This document shows positions 22,260 to 32,263 of a stretch of 64,000 bases of DNA, piece after piece. The translations under genes and the position numbers were made by a program. The stretch is taken from the NCBI GenBank assembly GCA_963729715.1, contig CAVSPA010000012.1:12985-76984 (forward strand). Direction: 5' to 3'. Under the pieces are notes generated by a model. The model was not told where the DNA came from, made no database searches, and saw only the letters and a program-made list of their open reading frames with translations. The DNA is from an uncultured delta proteobacterium. GTDB lineage: Bacteria; Desulfobacterota; Syntrophia; Syntrophales; UBA2185. Positions within the stretch are counted from its first letter, which is position 1. Each line of letters opens with the position of its first letter.

Positions 22260-23549
22260 ATGTATTACGAGTACTGGGGTCTGCAGAAACCGCCTTTTGA
22301 CAACGTCCCTGACCCGACGATGTACTCAGATTCTCATTCTTCAATGGAGAACGCCATTGCAGAAACTCTATTTGCCATTGATGAAGGGAATGAATGCATT
22401 GCGGTGATTGTAGGTGATGTAGGTCTGGGTAAAACCTTGTCACTGCGGATTATTATTGATTCTCTCGATCATGAAAAATATAAGATTGCACTCGTTACAA
22501 ATCCGGATATGTCGTTCATCGAGCTCTTGAGGGAAATCATTGGCCAACTCACCGGCAGGAAGTGCGAAGAGAGAAGAAAAATTGATCTCCTCGAAAAATT
22601 TAACAAAATTTTGTTTGACACTATAGATTCAGGTAAAAAGGTTTTGATATTTATCGATGAGGCAAATGCAATATCTCCCACCAATCTGGAAAGCCTCAGA
22701 TTACTCACGAATATGCAGGATGACCAGAGGAATTTATTCACCATCGTGCTTGCAGGCCAGTTGGAACTGGCTCGGAGGCTGGAACACCCGAAGCGCGCCA
22801 ACCTTTTGCAACGCATAGGGACGTTGAGCAGGATTGATAAGATAGAATCTGAGAATCTCTTAAAGGGGTACGTTGAAACCCGGCTGAAGCTCGCAGGAGG
22901 AGCGAGGCAGATTTTTGCTGATGATGCATATGGTTTTTTGTGGGAGTATTCTGAACACGGTGTTCCCCGTCTGATAAATAAGATGTGCAAATTATCATTG
23001 AAGGCGGGGGAGACAAATGAGTTTATGCTGATTTCAGGGGAAGTTGTTCGTCAGATCGGCGAGCGCTTCCGACACTTGACGGGGCCTGCCATCCCGAAGA
23101 GGAAGCCGAGAAAGCGGCCCGAAAGTGAGGTTGTCGCAGAAGCAGTGGAAAAAGAATCGGTACAGGTTTCCGACGATCCCGGGGTGCTTTCCGTTGAAGC
23201 CTTTAAGGAGCGACGCCGTTCCAGAGACGTCGAAGGGTTACAAGAAAAGGAGATCATCGCAGAAATGGCGGGGCCTGCGGAAGCGCCTGCACCCTCTCCC
23301 GAAGCGCATATGCTCAAAAAGGACATTAGTGCAGAAGTGGAGGTAGGCGGTTTGAAGTTTGCCGTGAATATTCCCCACCACATTTTCAAACAGGCCCAAT
23401 CGTCCACTCATGAGCATCGGATGAAGATTGCCGGCGCTCTCGCCGCGCAGATCATGAAAAAACATGAAGAGCTTATAGCTGCACCGTCAGTTGATCCTAT
23501 TTCCATGTGGAGTGATCTGCGTGAGTTTGTCGTGAGCAGGCTCAAATGA
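22260..23549 (+). CDS. ExeA/GspA-like AAA+ ATPase
   Basis: MYYEYWGLQKPPF..PDP, GDVGLGKT, IFIDEAN, VLAGQ.EL, GVPRLIN; AAGGAGG RBS. Confidence 0.85.
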   Translation: MYYEYWGLQKPPFDNVPDPTMYSDSHSSMENAIAETLFAIDEGNECIAVIVGDVGLGKTLSLRIIIDSLDHEKYKIALVTNPDMSFIELLREIIGQLTGRKCEERRKIDLLEKFNKILFDTIDSGKKVLIFIDEANAISPTNLESLRLLTNMQDDQRNLFTIVLAGQLELARRLEHPKRANLLQRIGTLSRIDKIESENLLKGYVETRLKLAGGARQIFADDAYGFLWEYSEHGVPRLINKMCKLSLKAGETNEFMLISGEVVRQIGERFRHLTGPAIPKRKPRKRPESEVVAEAVEKESVQVSDDPGVLSVEAFKERRRSRDVEGLQEKEIIAEMAGPAEAPAPSPEAHMLKKDISAEVEVGGLKFAVNIPHHIFKQAQSSTHEHRMKIAGALAAQIMKKHEELIAAPSVDPISMWSDLREFVVSRLK

Positions 23550-23589
23550 GAGGGCGGGAAAAATCCTTCCGGTCTCTTCATCACGGATT

Positions 23590-24486
23590 TTACTTTGTAA
23601 GCTCGTGGAGAAGGTATTGAGCCCTTGGCTTTTGCGGATTTATGGAAAGGATAAAGTGAAGCCGCCGGATTAGTTCCTCCTTCTTTCTGCTGTCCGGGTT
23701 TGTATGGTAAGCCTGATACTCAATCTGAGCGAGATTAATATTAGCTTCTTCTTGATAGGGGTTTAGCGCAAGCGATTTCTGGTAAGCCGTAATTGCTTCT
23801 TCAGGTTGGCCCGTGATTTCAAAAATAGACCCCAAATTATTCCATGCCTCGGGGTTCTTTTTATCGATCGACAAGACATTCTTAAAGAACCCAATGCCCT
23901 TGTTATAGTCGCCTAACTGGACATACAGGGTCCCCAGGTTAAAGAGGACTTTGACATGGGAGGGATCTCTTTCGAGGACGCCTTGATATTCCTGTATTGC
24001 TTCATCGAACATATCGTGGCGGTCATAGAGAAGTGCAAGAAAGAATCGCGGTGTCACTGCATCGGGGTCAGCTTCAATGGCTTTCTTATACTGTTCTACG
24101 GCTCTGTGATAATCTCCTTCCAATTCGAAGACGTGGCCTATATTAAACATCGCTTCAATATTGCCCGGGCTGAGTATGAGCGCCCGTTCATACATCTGCC
24201 GCGCACGTCCCAACCTTCCCATTCTCTCGTAGACATAACCGAGGTTGTTGTAAGCTTCGGGATTATTTGGTTCGAGTTTAGCGACCCTCTCTAAACATAT
24301 CAGGGCCCAGTCGTAATCTTCTCTCTGGAGATAAATAAACCCGAGATTTACATATGCATCCGTAAACCTTGGATCAAGGATGATACTTTTTTTGTATGCT
24401 TCTATTGCCTTATCGGATTGCGGATCGAGAAGGTCATATCTGCACCCCTCCATGAACCATTCCCTGGCTGGATTCTTTTCATCCAT
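23590..24486 (-). CDS. TPR-repeat protein
   Basis: Repeated AY.NLG / AWNNLG TPR units. Confidence 0.9.
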   Translation of the reverse strand: MDEKNPAREWFMEGCRYDLLDPQSDKAIEAYKKSIILDPRFTDAYVNLGFIYLQREDYDWALICLERVAKLEPNNPEAYNNLGYVYERMGRLGRARQMYERALILSPGNIEAMFNIGHVFELEGDYHRAVEQYKKAIEADPDAVTPRFFLALLYDRHDMFDEAIQEYQGVLERDPSHVKVLFNLGTLYVQLGDYNKGIGFFKNVLSIDKKNPEAWNNLGSIFEITGQPEEAITAYQKSLALNPYQEEANINLAQIEYQAYHTNPDSRKKEELIRRLHFILSINPQKPRAQYLLHELTK

Positions 24487-24593
24487 TGAATCACGCCCCT
24501 GTTACGAAACAAATTCTTACACAAGATAAGTTAAGGTTACCTATCAACTTTAATCAATTCCTGTCAAGATTAATAGTCGGCATATTTGTCTAA

Positions 24594-24715
24594 TTTCTTG
24601 AATTCGGTAGCGAGCGCAAACACCTTCGCTTGCTGCGTGGTAAGCGAGTGAATGCCGAACGATACTTTTCCTTAAGAATCGAAGATTTTCCGCAGCTTGC
24701 TGTGGAGAGCTTCAA
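24594..24715 (+). repeat. 122-bp dispersed palindromic repeat, copy 1
   Basis: 111/122 identical to 53192-53313. Confidence 0.9.
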
Positions 24716-24718
24716 TGC

Positions 24719-25879
24719 TCACTTTTCGGGCTGTGACTTTGCTATTTCCTCTTCCGTTAAATAACATGCTGGATCGGCAGCCCATATGTCTCCCGTTACC
24801 GCTTCCGCCCTCGCCCGAAAATTTCCACCGCAAATATCGAGCCAGCGGCAGTCGGCGCATCTGCCTTTCACGTATTTCTTTCTGTCTTTAAGCTTAAACA
24901 TCAGCTCGTTTGAAGTATCTATCCAGATCGTGCTGAAAGGACGCTCTCTCACGTTTCCAAACGTGACTCCCCTCCAGAACTGATCGGCATGCACTTCCCC
25001 ATCCCAGCTCACGCAGCCGATGCCGCTTCCGGAACTATTGCCCTCATTTACCATGAGGAGTGACATAGCTTCCCTCGCTCTTTCGGAATCCTCTTCCAGC
25101 AGGCGCATGTAGACATAGGGTCCATCGGCATGGTTATCTACCGTAAGTATCTCTTTGGGCTTTCCCCGGTCGAAGAGGTCTATGGTTTTGTCCATGATAA
25201 GATCCAGGACTCGTCTCTTCTCATCTTGGGAGAGGTCTTCTTTGGCCAGTTTCGAACCGCGGCCGGAATAGACTAAGTGATAAAAACATGCCCGGGGTAT
25301 GTTTTCCTTCTCCATGAGTTCGAAGAGGGCAGGAATATCCGCAACATTCTTTCTGTTCATGGTAACACGCATTCCCACTTTGATTCCTTCATCCCTGCAG
25401 ATTCTGATTCCCCTCAGGGCCATCTCAAAAGCTCCCTTTACGCCCCGAAAGCCGTCGTGGGTTTTCTCCATCCCGTCGATACTTACACCAATATAGGAAA
25501 CACCGATTTTGTTGAATGTATATGCCAGTTCTCTTGTAAGCAGGGTTCCGTTGGTCGATAAAACAACCCTCATACCCTGATCTACAGCGAACTCGGCCAG
25601 TTCAGGGAGATCCTCCCTTATCATAGGCTCACCGCCTGAAAAAAGGAGGACCGGTGATCCAAAGGAGGCAAGATCGGATATCAGCTTTCTCCCCTCGTCT
25701 GTGGTCAATTCATTGTTGTATCTGATGTTTTGTGAGCTTGAGTAACAGTGCATGCAGTTGAGATTACACCGTCTGGTCATGTTCCAGACTACCACAGGCC
25801 GTTTGTGCTTCTCTCCTCCATAGCGGAGCGAGTCCATAGTTTCTGCTTTGCCGCAGCATAGCCTCGAGATACTTATCAT
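24719..25879 (-). CDS. ahbC: Radical SAM/SPASM AhbC (alternative heme biosynthesis, NirJ1-like)
   Basis: MISISRLCCG, PVVVWNMTRRCNLNCMHCY, CFYHLVYSGRG, EILTVDNHADG, SPASM cysteines. Confidence 0.8.
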   Translation of the reverse strand: MISISRLCCGKAETMDSLRYGGEKHKRPVVVWNMTRRCNLNCMHCYSSSQNIRYNNELTTDEGRKLISDLASFGSPVLLFSGGEPMIREDLPELAEFAVDQGMRVVLSTNGTLLTRELAYTFNKIGVSYIGVSIDGMEKTHDGFRGVKGAFEMALRGIRICRDEGIKVGMRVTMNRKNVADIPALFELMEKENIPRACFYHLVYSGRGSKLAKEDLSQDEKRRVLDLIMDKTIDLFDRGKPKEILTVDNHADGPYVYMRLLEEDSERAREAMSLLMVNEGNSSGSGIGCVSWDGEVHADQFWRGVTFGNVRERPFSTIWIDTSNELMFKLKDRKKYVKGRCADCRWLDICGGNFRARAEAVTGDIWAADPACYLTEEEIAKSQPEK

Positions 25880-26152
25880 ATTTGCCTCAGAGCCTCAGTT
25901 CATACCCTCCGCCAGAGACACGTTCTTAGCCACTTGTTGAGAAGTAATGTCCACAGGTTAGATGCTGGTCTGGGGGGGCAGATTCTTCTATCGGTGTTCA
26001 CGCATGTATAATATTTTAGTCTATCGCCAAAATACTTGCAAGGTATTATAGCTAAGCGCACCGTGCCGCTATCGGATACCTCTCAAGACATTCTGCGGAT
26101 GCCATCACTTCACGACCACGACGATGATGCGCGGGGGAGGTCTAAGGAAAAT

Positions 26153-27733
26153 TTATATGTGGACGTTTATTTCCCGTCTCTCCAGGCGTCTTTCCGAGAA
26201 AAAAACCTGATCATTCAGTAATTCCCAGGCACGTTCCTTGCTGAAATCGGAAACATGTCCATCCTCGATGACTACGACGCCCTGGTCCCTGAGGTCCAAT
26301 AAGACCTGTTGAATCTCAACCGGCTCTTTTCTCGTATACATGGCGAGTTCATGAAGGGAGTCGCCGTCGTCCGGCATGGGCCACTTCATGAGAAAATATA
26401 GGACGGTAATTAGTCTGGTCCAGGCTTGGGCAAGTTCGCCCAAGGCGTTGCCCGTTTCCCTGATTCTGATTGAAAATTCTTTGAGCATAAAAAGAGACAC
26501 GTCGCCGCTTTCCCTCAACAGGCTGCGAAAGGTCTCCTCGTCGATCACAGCCACATTGCTGTCCTCCGTCGCTTGTACAGAAGCGGTACGAGGTGCTTCG
26601 ATCAACGCCGCCATTTCACCGAAGTATTCTCCCGGTCCCATTTCGGCAAGGACCTTCTTTATCTGGCCGGCAGTTTTCTCCACGCGCATGTTACCCATGA
26701 GGATGTAGTACATTTCCTGTCCGGTGTCTCCCTGTCTGAAAACATAGGTGTCTTTGGGATACATGCGGCCGAATTTCCTAAACAGGCGTTCCTCGATTTT
26801 CATAATTTTCTTTCTGGGCTTTAAGAAGGCCTTTTCAAGGAGGATCAGATTTCTTCTCTGGTAAGAAGAAATAAGCTCCGCGCAGAATAGGAGGATTAAT
26901 GCCACATAGAAAACCCAGAGCACAAGAATGACCACGGTTTCCAGCGAACCAAATATCAGATTATATTTTTTATCATCGGACACATACCAGGTAAAAAAAT
27001 GTTTAGCAATTTCCATTAAGACTGAAAAGATGGCAGCACCGGTCAGTGCACTGCCCCAGCTCACTTTTCCCGTGGGAATTATCTTATAGACAATCGTAAA
27101 AAATGCAACCGTCAGCATATACGGCAGTACATAGCGAAATACCGCTCCGTGCAAGAAGGTAATAATCATGAACTCATTGCTGAAAAGAGGAGGTTGTTTC
27201 ACAACGGTTGTTGAAATATATGTAATCCCCACACTGGCGACGCCCACAGCCCACCCCATGGGAATCATGGCAATGGCAAGGAGGTTTGATACGACATAAT
27301 TTCGCTGGCCCCTCGAGCGGAAAATCATGTTCATGGCCGTCTCCATAGCACTAAAGATCATAGCAGAAGACCATATCAGACTTATGATCCCGACCCAGCC
27401 CAGGAGTTGCTTTTTTTGCTCCATAGGGCCCAGTTGGGACAGAAGGGATTCTGAGATGTAAGGATGAAAACCCCGGATTTTTTCAATGACCTCGTTCTGA
27501 ATGTTCGGGTGTGAGCTGAATATATAGCTTGCCACCAGCAGGGTTAAAATGAAAAGAGGGATAAAAGAGAGCATCGCATACAGCGAAATGGCTGCAGCCT
27601 GATTGGTATTGCCGTTGGCCTGAAAATTTTTTATCGCGTCACCGAGTATGTCCCATGCTGTTGCAAGAACGAGATGGGGCCGTTCCATCTTACTCTTCAA
27701 TTTATCGTATTTAGATTTTGTTTTTTCGGACAT
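26153..27733 (-). CDS. YihY/BrkB-family membrane protein fused to a cNMP-binding domain
   Basis: AAAISLYAMLSFIP, Y..IFGSL; then FRQGD.G, GEYFGEMA...PRTASV. Confidence 0.85.
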   Translation of the reverse strand: MSEKTKSKYDKLKSKMERPHLVLATAWDILGDAIKNFQANGNTNQAAAISLYAMLSFIPLFILTLLVASYIFSSHPNIQNEVIEKIRGFHPYISESLLSQLGPMEQKKQLLGWVGIISLIWSSAMIFSAMETAMNMIFRSRGQRNYVVSNLLAIAMIPMGWAVGVASVGITYISTTVVKQPPLFSNEFMIITFLHGAVFRYVLPYMLTVAFFTIVYKIIPTGKVSWGSALTGAAIFSVLMEIAKHFFTWYVSDDKKYNLIFGSLETVVILVLWVFYVALILLFCAELISSYQRRNLILLEKAFLKPRKKIMKIEERLFRKFGRMYPKDTYVFRQGDTGQEMYYILMGNMRVEKTAGQIKKVLAEMGPGEYFGEMAALIEAPRTASVQATEDSNVAVIDEETFRSLLRESGDVSLFMLKEFSIRIRETGNALGELAQAWTRLITVLYFLMKWPMPDDGDSLHELAMYTRKEPVEIQQVLLDLRDQGVVVIEDGHVSDFSKERAWELLNDQVFFSERRLERREINVHI

Positions 27734-27902
27734 GGCTTATGATTTTTTGGAGAGGCTGTACTGTTACTGCATTACGGACGTTCCTCTGTGGAAAATGGAA
27801 TGCAAGCCGAGAAGACTATATGAAAGAGGCTTGGGTGTGTCAAGTTCAAAAGAGCGCATAATTTCGTTGAAAAGGTCTTTTGTATCCTGTAATCTTCCTG
27901 CC

Positions 27903-29543
27903 ATGAGAAATTTAGCGTATTTGGGTTTGTTGATTATCATAACCGCTCATATAGCCTTAGGGGGCTGCAGTCAGAAAGACGAACGAGTCACCGCCAGAAA
28001 CCTGACCGATTCAGGACCTGCCTATGGGGACATTATGGTTGAGGGCTCCATTGGTGATGCCAGCAATCTGATTCCCATCCTTTCTTCAGACAGTACTTCG
28101 CATGAAATCTCCGGACTGGTCTTTAACGGTCTCGTCAAATATGACAAAGATGTAAACATAGTGGGAGACCTCGCTGAATCGTGGGAAGTATCCAAGGACG
28201 GGCTTGTCATTACGTTTCACCTGAGGACGGGTGTTAAATGGCATGACGGCCATCCTTTTACCGCCCGCGACGTCTTGTATACATATCAGGTTACGATTGA
28301 CCCCAAGACGCCCACTGCCTATTCCGGTGACTTCCTCAAGGTGAAGAAGGCAGAGGTTCTCGACGATTATACCTTCCGGGTTTCTTATGAGAAGCCCTTC
28401 GCCCCCGCGCTCATGAGCTGGGGAACAACGGTTCTGCCGCAGCATCTTCTCGAAGGGAAAGACATCACAACATCTTCCTTGGCGCGCCATCCCATAGGCA
28501 CAGGACCGTATATCTTCAAGGAGTGGGTGCCGGGCCAGAAGATCGTCCTCATCTCCAACCCGGACTATTTCGAGGGCAGGCCGTATATCGATGGTTACAT
28601 TATGCGGATCATACCGGATACCGCTACCATGTTTCTCGAACTGCGTGCAAACGGCATCGACCGGATGAACTTGACACCTCTTCAGTACACGAGGCAGACG
28701 GAAAACAATCTCTTCCGGAAGAATTTCAACAAGTACAGGTATCTCTCCTTTTCGTACACTTACCTGGGCTACAATCTGAAAAATCCGCTGTTCGCAGACA
28801 AACGTGTACGGCAGGCCATCGCATATGCTATCAATAAAGACGAAATCATCGAGGGCGTCTTACTGGGCTTGGGCAAAGAAGCCACGGGTCCCTACAAGCC
28901 GGGCACCTGGGTTTATAATCCCAATGTAGAGACGTACCCGTACGACCCGAAGAAGGCAAAGGAGCTTTTGGCGGCTGCCGGGTGGAAGGATACTGACGGT
29001 GACGGCATACTGGATAAAGATGGGCAACCTTTTGTTTTTGAAATCATCACGAATCAGGGCAACGAAATCCGGGCAAAATGTGCAGAGATTATTCAGAGGC
29101 GTCTTTCCGAGATAGGCATAAAGGTTAAGATTAGGGTCCTAGAGTGGGCTGCCTTTGTAAATGATTTCATTAACAAGCGACGCTTTGATGCCACGATCCT
29201 GGGCTGGACCATACCTCTCGATCCCGATATATACGATGTTTGGCATTCGAGTAAGACAGGACCACAGGAGCTGAACTTTATATCATACAAGAACGAAGAG
29301 GTTGACAGACTCATAGAAAAGGGAAGGGACACCTTCGACCAGAAAGAAAGAAAAAAATATTATGACAGGATCCAGGAGATATTAGCGGAAGACCAGCCGT
29401 ATACGTTCCTGTATGTCCCCGATGCCCTGCCGATAATCCATGCCCGCTTCCATGGCATTAAACCTGCACCTCTCGGAATCGGATACAATTTTATCAAGTG
29501 GTATGTTCCCAAAGAGGAACAAAAACTGGTCATGACGAGATGA
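27903..29543 (+). CDS. Family 5 ABC substrate-binding lipoprotein (AppA-like)
   Basis: LGGC lipobox, FHLRTGVKWHDG, PIGTGPY, RVRQAIAYAIN; start 27903 preferred. Confidence 0.9.
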   Translation: MRNLAYLGLLIIITAHIALGGCSQKDERVTARNLTDSGPAYGDIMVEGSIGDASNLIPILSSDSTSHEISGLVFNGLVKYDKDVNIVGDLAESWEVSKDGLVITFHLRTGVKWHDGHPFTARDVLYTYQVTIDPKTPTAYSGDFLKVKKAEVLDDYTFRVSYEKPFAPALMSWGTTVLPQHLLEGKDITTSSLARHPIGTGPYIFKEWVPGQKIVLISNPDYFEGRPYIDGYIMRIIPDTATMFLELRANGIDRMNLTPLQYTRQTENNLFRKNFNKYRYLSFSYTYLGYNLKNPLFADKRVRQAIAYAINKDEIIEGVLLGLGKEATGPYKPGTWVYNPNVETYPYDPKKAKELLAAAGWKDTDGDGILDKDGQPFVFEIITNQGNEIRAKCAEIIQRRLSEIGIKVKIRVLEWAAFVNDFINKRRFDATILGWTIPLDPDIYDVWHSSKTGPQELNFISYKNEEVDRLIEKGRDTFDQKERKKYYDRIQEILAEDQPYTFLYVPDALPIIHARFHGIKPAPLGIGYNFIKWYVPKEEQKLVMTR

Positions 29544-29770
29544 AGCTGCTACGTGACTTAATCACCGGCATTAATGCGGTTACATCCGCAAGCAATTATC
29601 TCTGAGGGCAAGACTCTTTTCTGCCGAACAGCGTCGGACGATGATTAGCTTTTTTTTGAAATCATTATTTCAGCATCTGCCATGACAGCACCATCACGGA
29701 TTTGCCTTTCACCAAACTCTCGGGCCAATAGGTTTTACTTTCAGTCTAAAATGGGTTATAAATAAAATCT

Positions 29771-30673
29771 ATGGAACGGCACAAAAAAAGCTCCGTTGAG
29801 GGTCAGGAGCTTAAGGATCATGTCATAGAGTTCTGTGAGTCTCAGGGAGCAGACCTTGTCGGTTTTGCACCTGTGGAGCGTTGGGATGACGCCGCGGAGG
29901 TGCCGCCCGATTTCCGTCCCCGGGCCCTCTGGTCACCGGCACGGACCGTTATCGTGATCGGCCTTGAAATGCCCCTTCCTATCGTGGAGACGACACCCTC
30001 CGTCCTCCATATGGAGCTGTACCGGACGGCAAACCGGAAGCTGGACACGCTGGCCTATGATCTGACCCGACATCTCAACCGTATGGGACACGCCTCCTTT
30101 TTTTTCGGCCGCGATGTCTACGCCAACCTGAAGGCCCTGCGAGATGCGCCCATGGCCGCATTCAGTCACGCTATGGCAGCGAAATACGCCGGCCTCGGCA
30201 CCATCGGCGTCAGCCACTGCCTTCTGACGCCTGAATTCGGTCCCAGGGTGCGGTTTGTTTCCGTCTTCACGGCAGCCGTCATACCGCCAGACCCCCTCGT
30301 GGAGAAGGAGCTCTGCATCAAGTGCGAACTCTGCTGCCGTTGCTGCCCCAGGAAGGCTCTCACGATGCGCGAAGACTGCGTAATCGGTGACTGCGATAAA
30401 ATGGCCTGTCTAACAATGGCCGAAGATCTGACCCGAAGAGGCTGCTATCCCTGCGGTATCTGCACCAAGGTATGTCCCATTGGCAAGGATCGGGTGCTCT
30501 ACAAACAGAAGGGCATGCGAACGAAATACCTCGAGGAGGCCAAGGCTCTTGCCGCAGACCCCGACGATCCCAAATACAAGTCATGGACGCATGTACGGAA
30601 ATACGGACTCACGAAGGAGAAGGCCGCTCCGGTCTCCAGAACAAGAGAAAACGGGAAGAAAGAGGAAGCGTGA
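29771..30673 (+). CDS. QueG-like / reductive-dehalogenase-like cobalamin and 2x[4Fe-4S] protein
   Basis: GADLVGFA, FSH..AA..AGLGTIG, TPEFGPRVR, CIKCELCCRCCP, CGICTKVCP. Confidence 0.8.
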   Translation: MERHKKSSVEGQELKDHVIEFCESQGADLVGFAPVERWDDAAEVPPDFRPRALWSPARTVIVIGLEMPLPIVETTPSVLHMELYRTANRKLDTLAYDLTRHLNRMGHASFFFGRDVYANLKALRDAPMAAFSHAMAAKYAGLGTIGVSHCLLTPEFGPRVRFVSVFTAAVIPPDPLVEKELCIKCELCCRCCPRKALTMREDCVIGDCDKMACLTMAEDLTRRGCYPCGICTKVCPIGKDRVLYKQKGMRTKYLEEAKALAADPDDPKYKSWTHVRKYGLTKEKAAPVSRTRENGKKEEA

Positions 30674-31410
30674 AGATGGCGGTCACAAATCTGGAACAAT
30701 TCTGTGAAGGCTTTAAAGACCTTCTTAAGGGCAAACCGGACATATCAACACTCATCAGAACAGGCCGGACTCTTTTGAGCGAACTGATGAGTCAGAAGGA
30801 GTGGTTCGGCGACATCCTTGAGAGGGTTCTTTTCGATAAGGAATTTCCCGAAAGCCAAAAGCCCGGCATCTGGCCCAACGAGATTACTCTGCACAGAAGT
30901 TCCGACCGCTCTTTCCTTGTCCTGTGCTATATTTGGGACCCGGGTCTAAGTGATGCCATTCATGATCACGGATCATGGGGAATCATCGGAAGCTTCGTTC
31001 AGTCCATCGGGGAACGCAAGTATATGCGCCTGGACGATTGCAAAAAAGAAGGGTACGCAGAATTGGAGGAGGTTTCTTCGACCGTCCTCAATCCGACTGA
31101 AACGACATATGTGCTGCCTCTGAATAAGGGAATTCACAGAATGGAAAACTTCGGGAGCGATACGGCCATCACTATTAATATATACGGACCGAACGTCCGG
31201 AAAGGATATGTACAGTTCTTCTACCCGGAGATGAATTCCGTAAGCAGGGTCTATCCGCCGAAAACCCTCAGGGAGGCCTTGGCCGTCCGCGCCCTCGGGA
31301 GCATGGCGGCGCCCTGGAGCGAGGAGTTGCTGAAACGCGTACAGGCGAGCGCGCTTCCCGATTACATTAAGAAGGAGGGCGAGATTTCGCTGGCCAAGCT
31401 AAAGACATGA
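30670..31410 (+). CDS. Cupin, cysteine/thiol dioxygenase-like
   Basis: IHDHGSWG...GIHRMEN...INIYG; GTG start overlaps the upstream TGA (alternative ATG 30676). Confidence 0.7.
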   Translation: MKMAVTNLEQFCEGFKDLLKGKPDISTLIRTGRTLLSELMSQKEWFGDILERVLFDKEFPESQKPGIWPNEITLHRSSDRSFLVLCYIWDPGLSDAIHDHGSWGIIGSFVQSIGERKYMRLDDCKKEGYAELEEVSSTVLNPTETTYVLPLNKGIHRMENFGSDTAITINIYGPNVRKGYVQFFYPEMNSVSRVYPPKTLREALAVRALGSMAAPWSEELLKRVQASALPDYIKKEGEISLAKLKT

Positions 31411-31548
31411 TGCTTCTACCGCGATGGGGATGATATAGTCTCGAGAAGGTCGGCATGATGGTAGTATGTTAAACACCTTTAGCACTTGAAATCGCGGACA
31501 CTCTGATGTAGAAATGACTCATCAACAAAAACCGAAAGGAGCTTAACA

Positions 31549-31923
31549 ATGAAAAGGCATTCCTTGCTGATTGGCGTATTGTGTCTGTTAGTGGCTCTCT
31601 CCGCATGCGGCATGCAGAGCGTGAGACATGGAGCTATGATCGATGAGGCGAAGGTGAAAAGCAATGTTATCGACGACAAGACGACAGAGTCCGACGTGGT
31701 GCTGATGTTCGGTTCCCCCACTAGGACCATGGAAAATCCGAAGAGGTTTATCTATGAGTGGTCAGAAACAAGCAAGTCCACTATACCTTTGTACGGCTCG
31801 ACGACCACCGTAACCTACAACCTCATTATCCTCTTTGATAGCAATGGTGTCGTAAAAAACCATAATATTATGAAGACCGGTGAGGAGTCAAAAAAAGGTT
31901 TCGGCGAACAGAAAGACAAGTAG
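31549..31923 (+). CDS. SmpA/OmlA (BamE)-like lipoprotein
   Basis: LSAC lipobox, KTTESDVVLMFGSP, LIILFDSNGVV. Confidence 0.65.
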   Translation: MKRHSLLIGVLCLLVALSACGMQSVRHGAMIDEAKVKSNVIDDKTTESDVVLMFGSPTRTMENPKRFIYEWSETSKSTIPLYGSTTTVTYNLIILFDSNGVVKNHNIMKTGEESKKGFGEQKDK

Positions 31924-32263
31924 GTTGTGTTTGGTTGAGATAGGTTGGAAGCAAAGAATAAAGAATAAAATCCGAATATTTTTATAATCAAAGCGTCATA
32001 CGGGCCTGACCTTGCCTTCTATTTGTACCGGATGCAAGGTTGCAGGTTCGTTTTCTTGATAAAGTTTGAGTATTATTTGCCATCTCAACCCGTGAGAACC
32101 GCATTTCATCGATTCACGACTTTTAGCATTAGCACTTGAAATCGATGCCTCCCAAATTCTTAGTTACTTCACACGGTTTTTGTTTGGAGAATTCTGTGGG
32201 TATATGCTGATTCCCACGAGATTGTGATCGATACATTTATTTATAAGAACTAATCAGGGGCCA

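Noticed and set aside
31479..31494. TTAGCACT as a CIRCE element
   Set aside because: The second half-site GAGTGCTAA is absent
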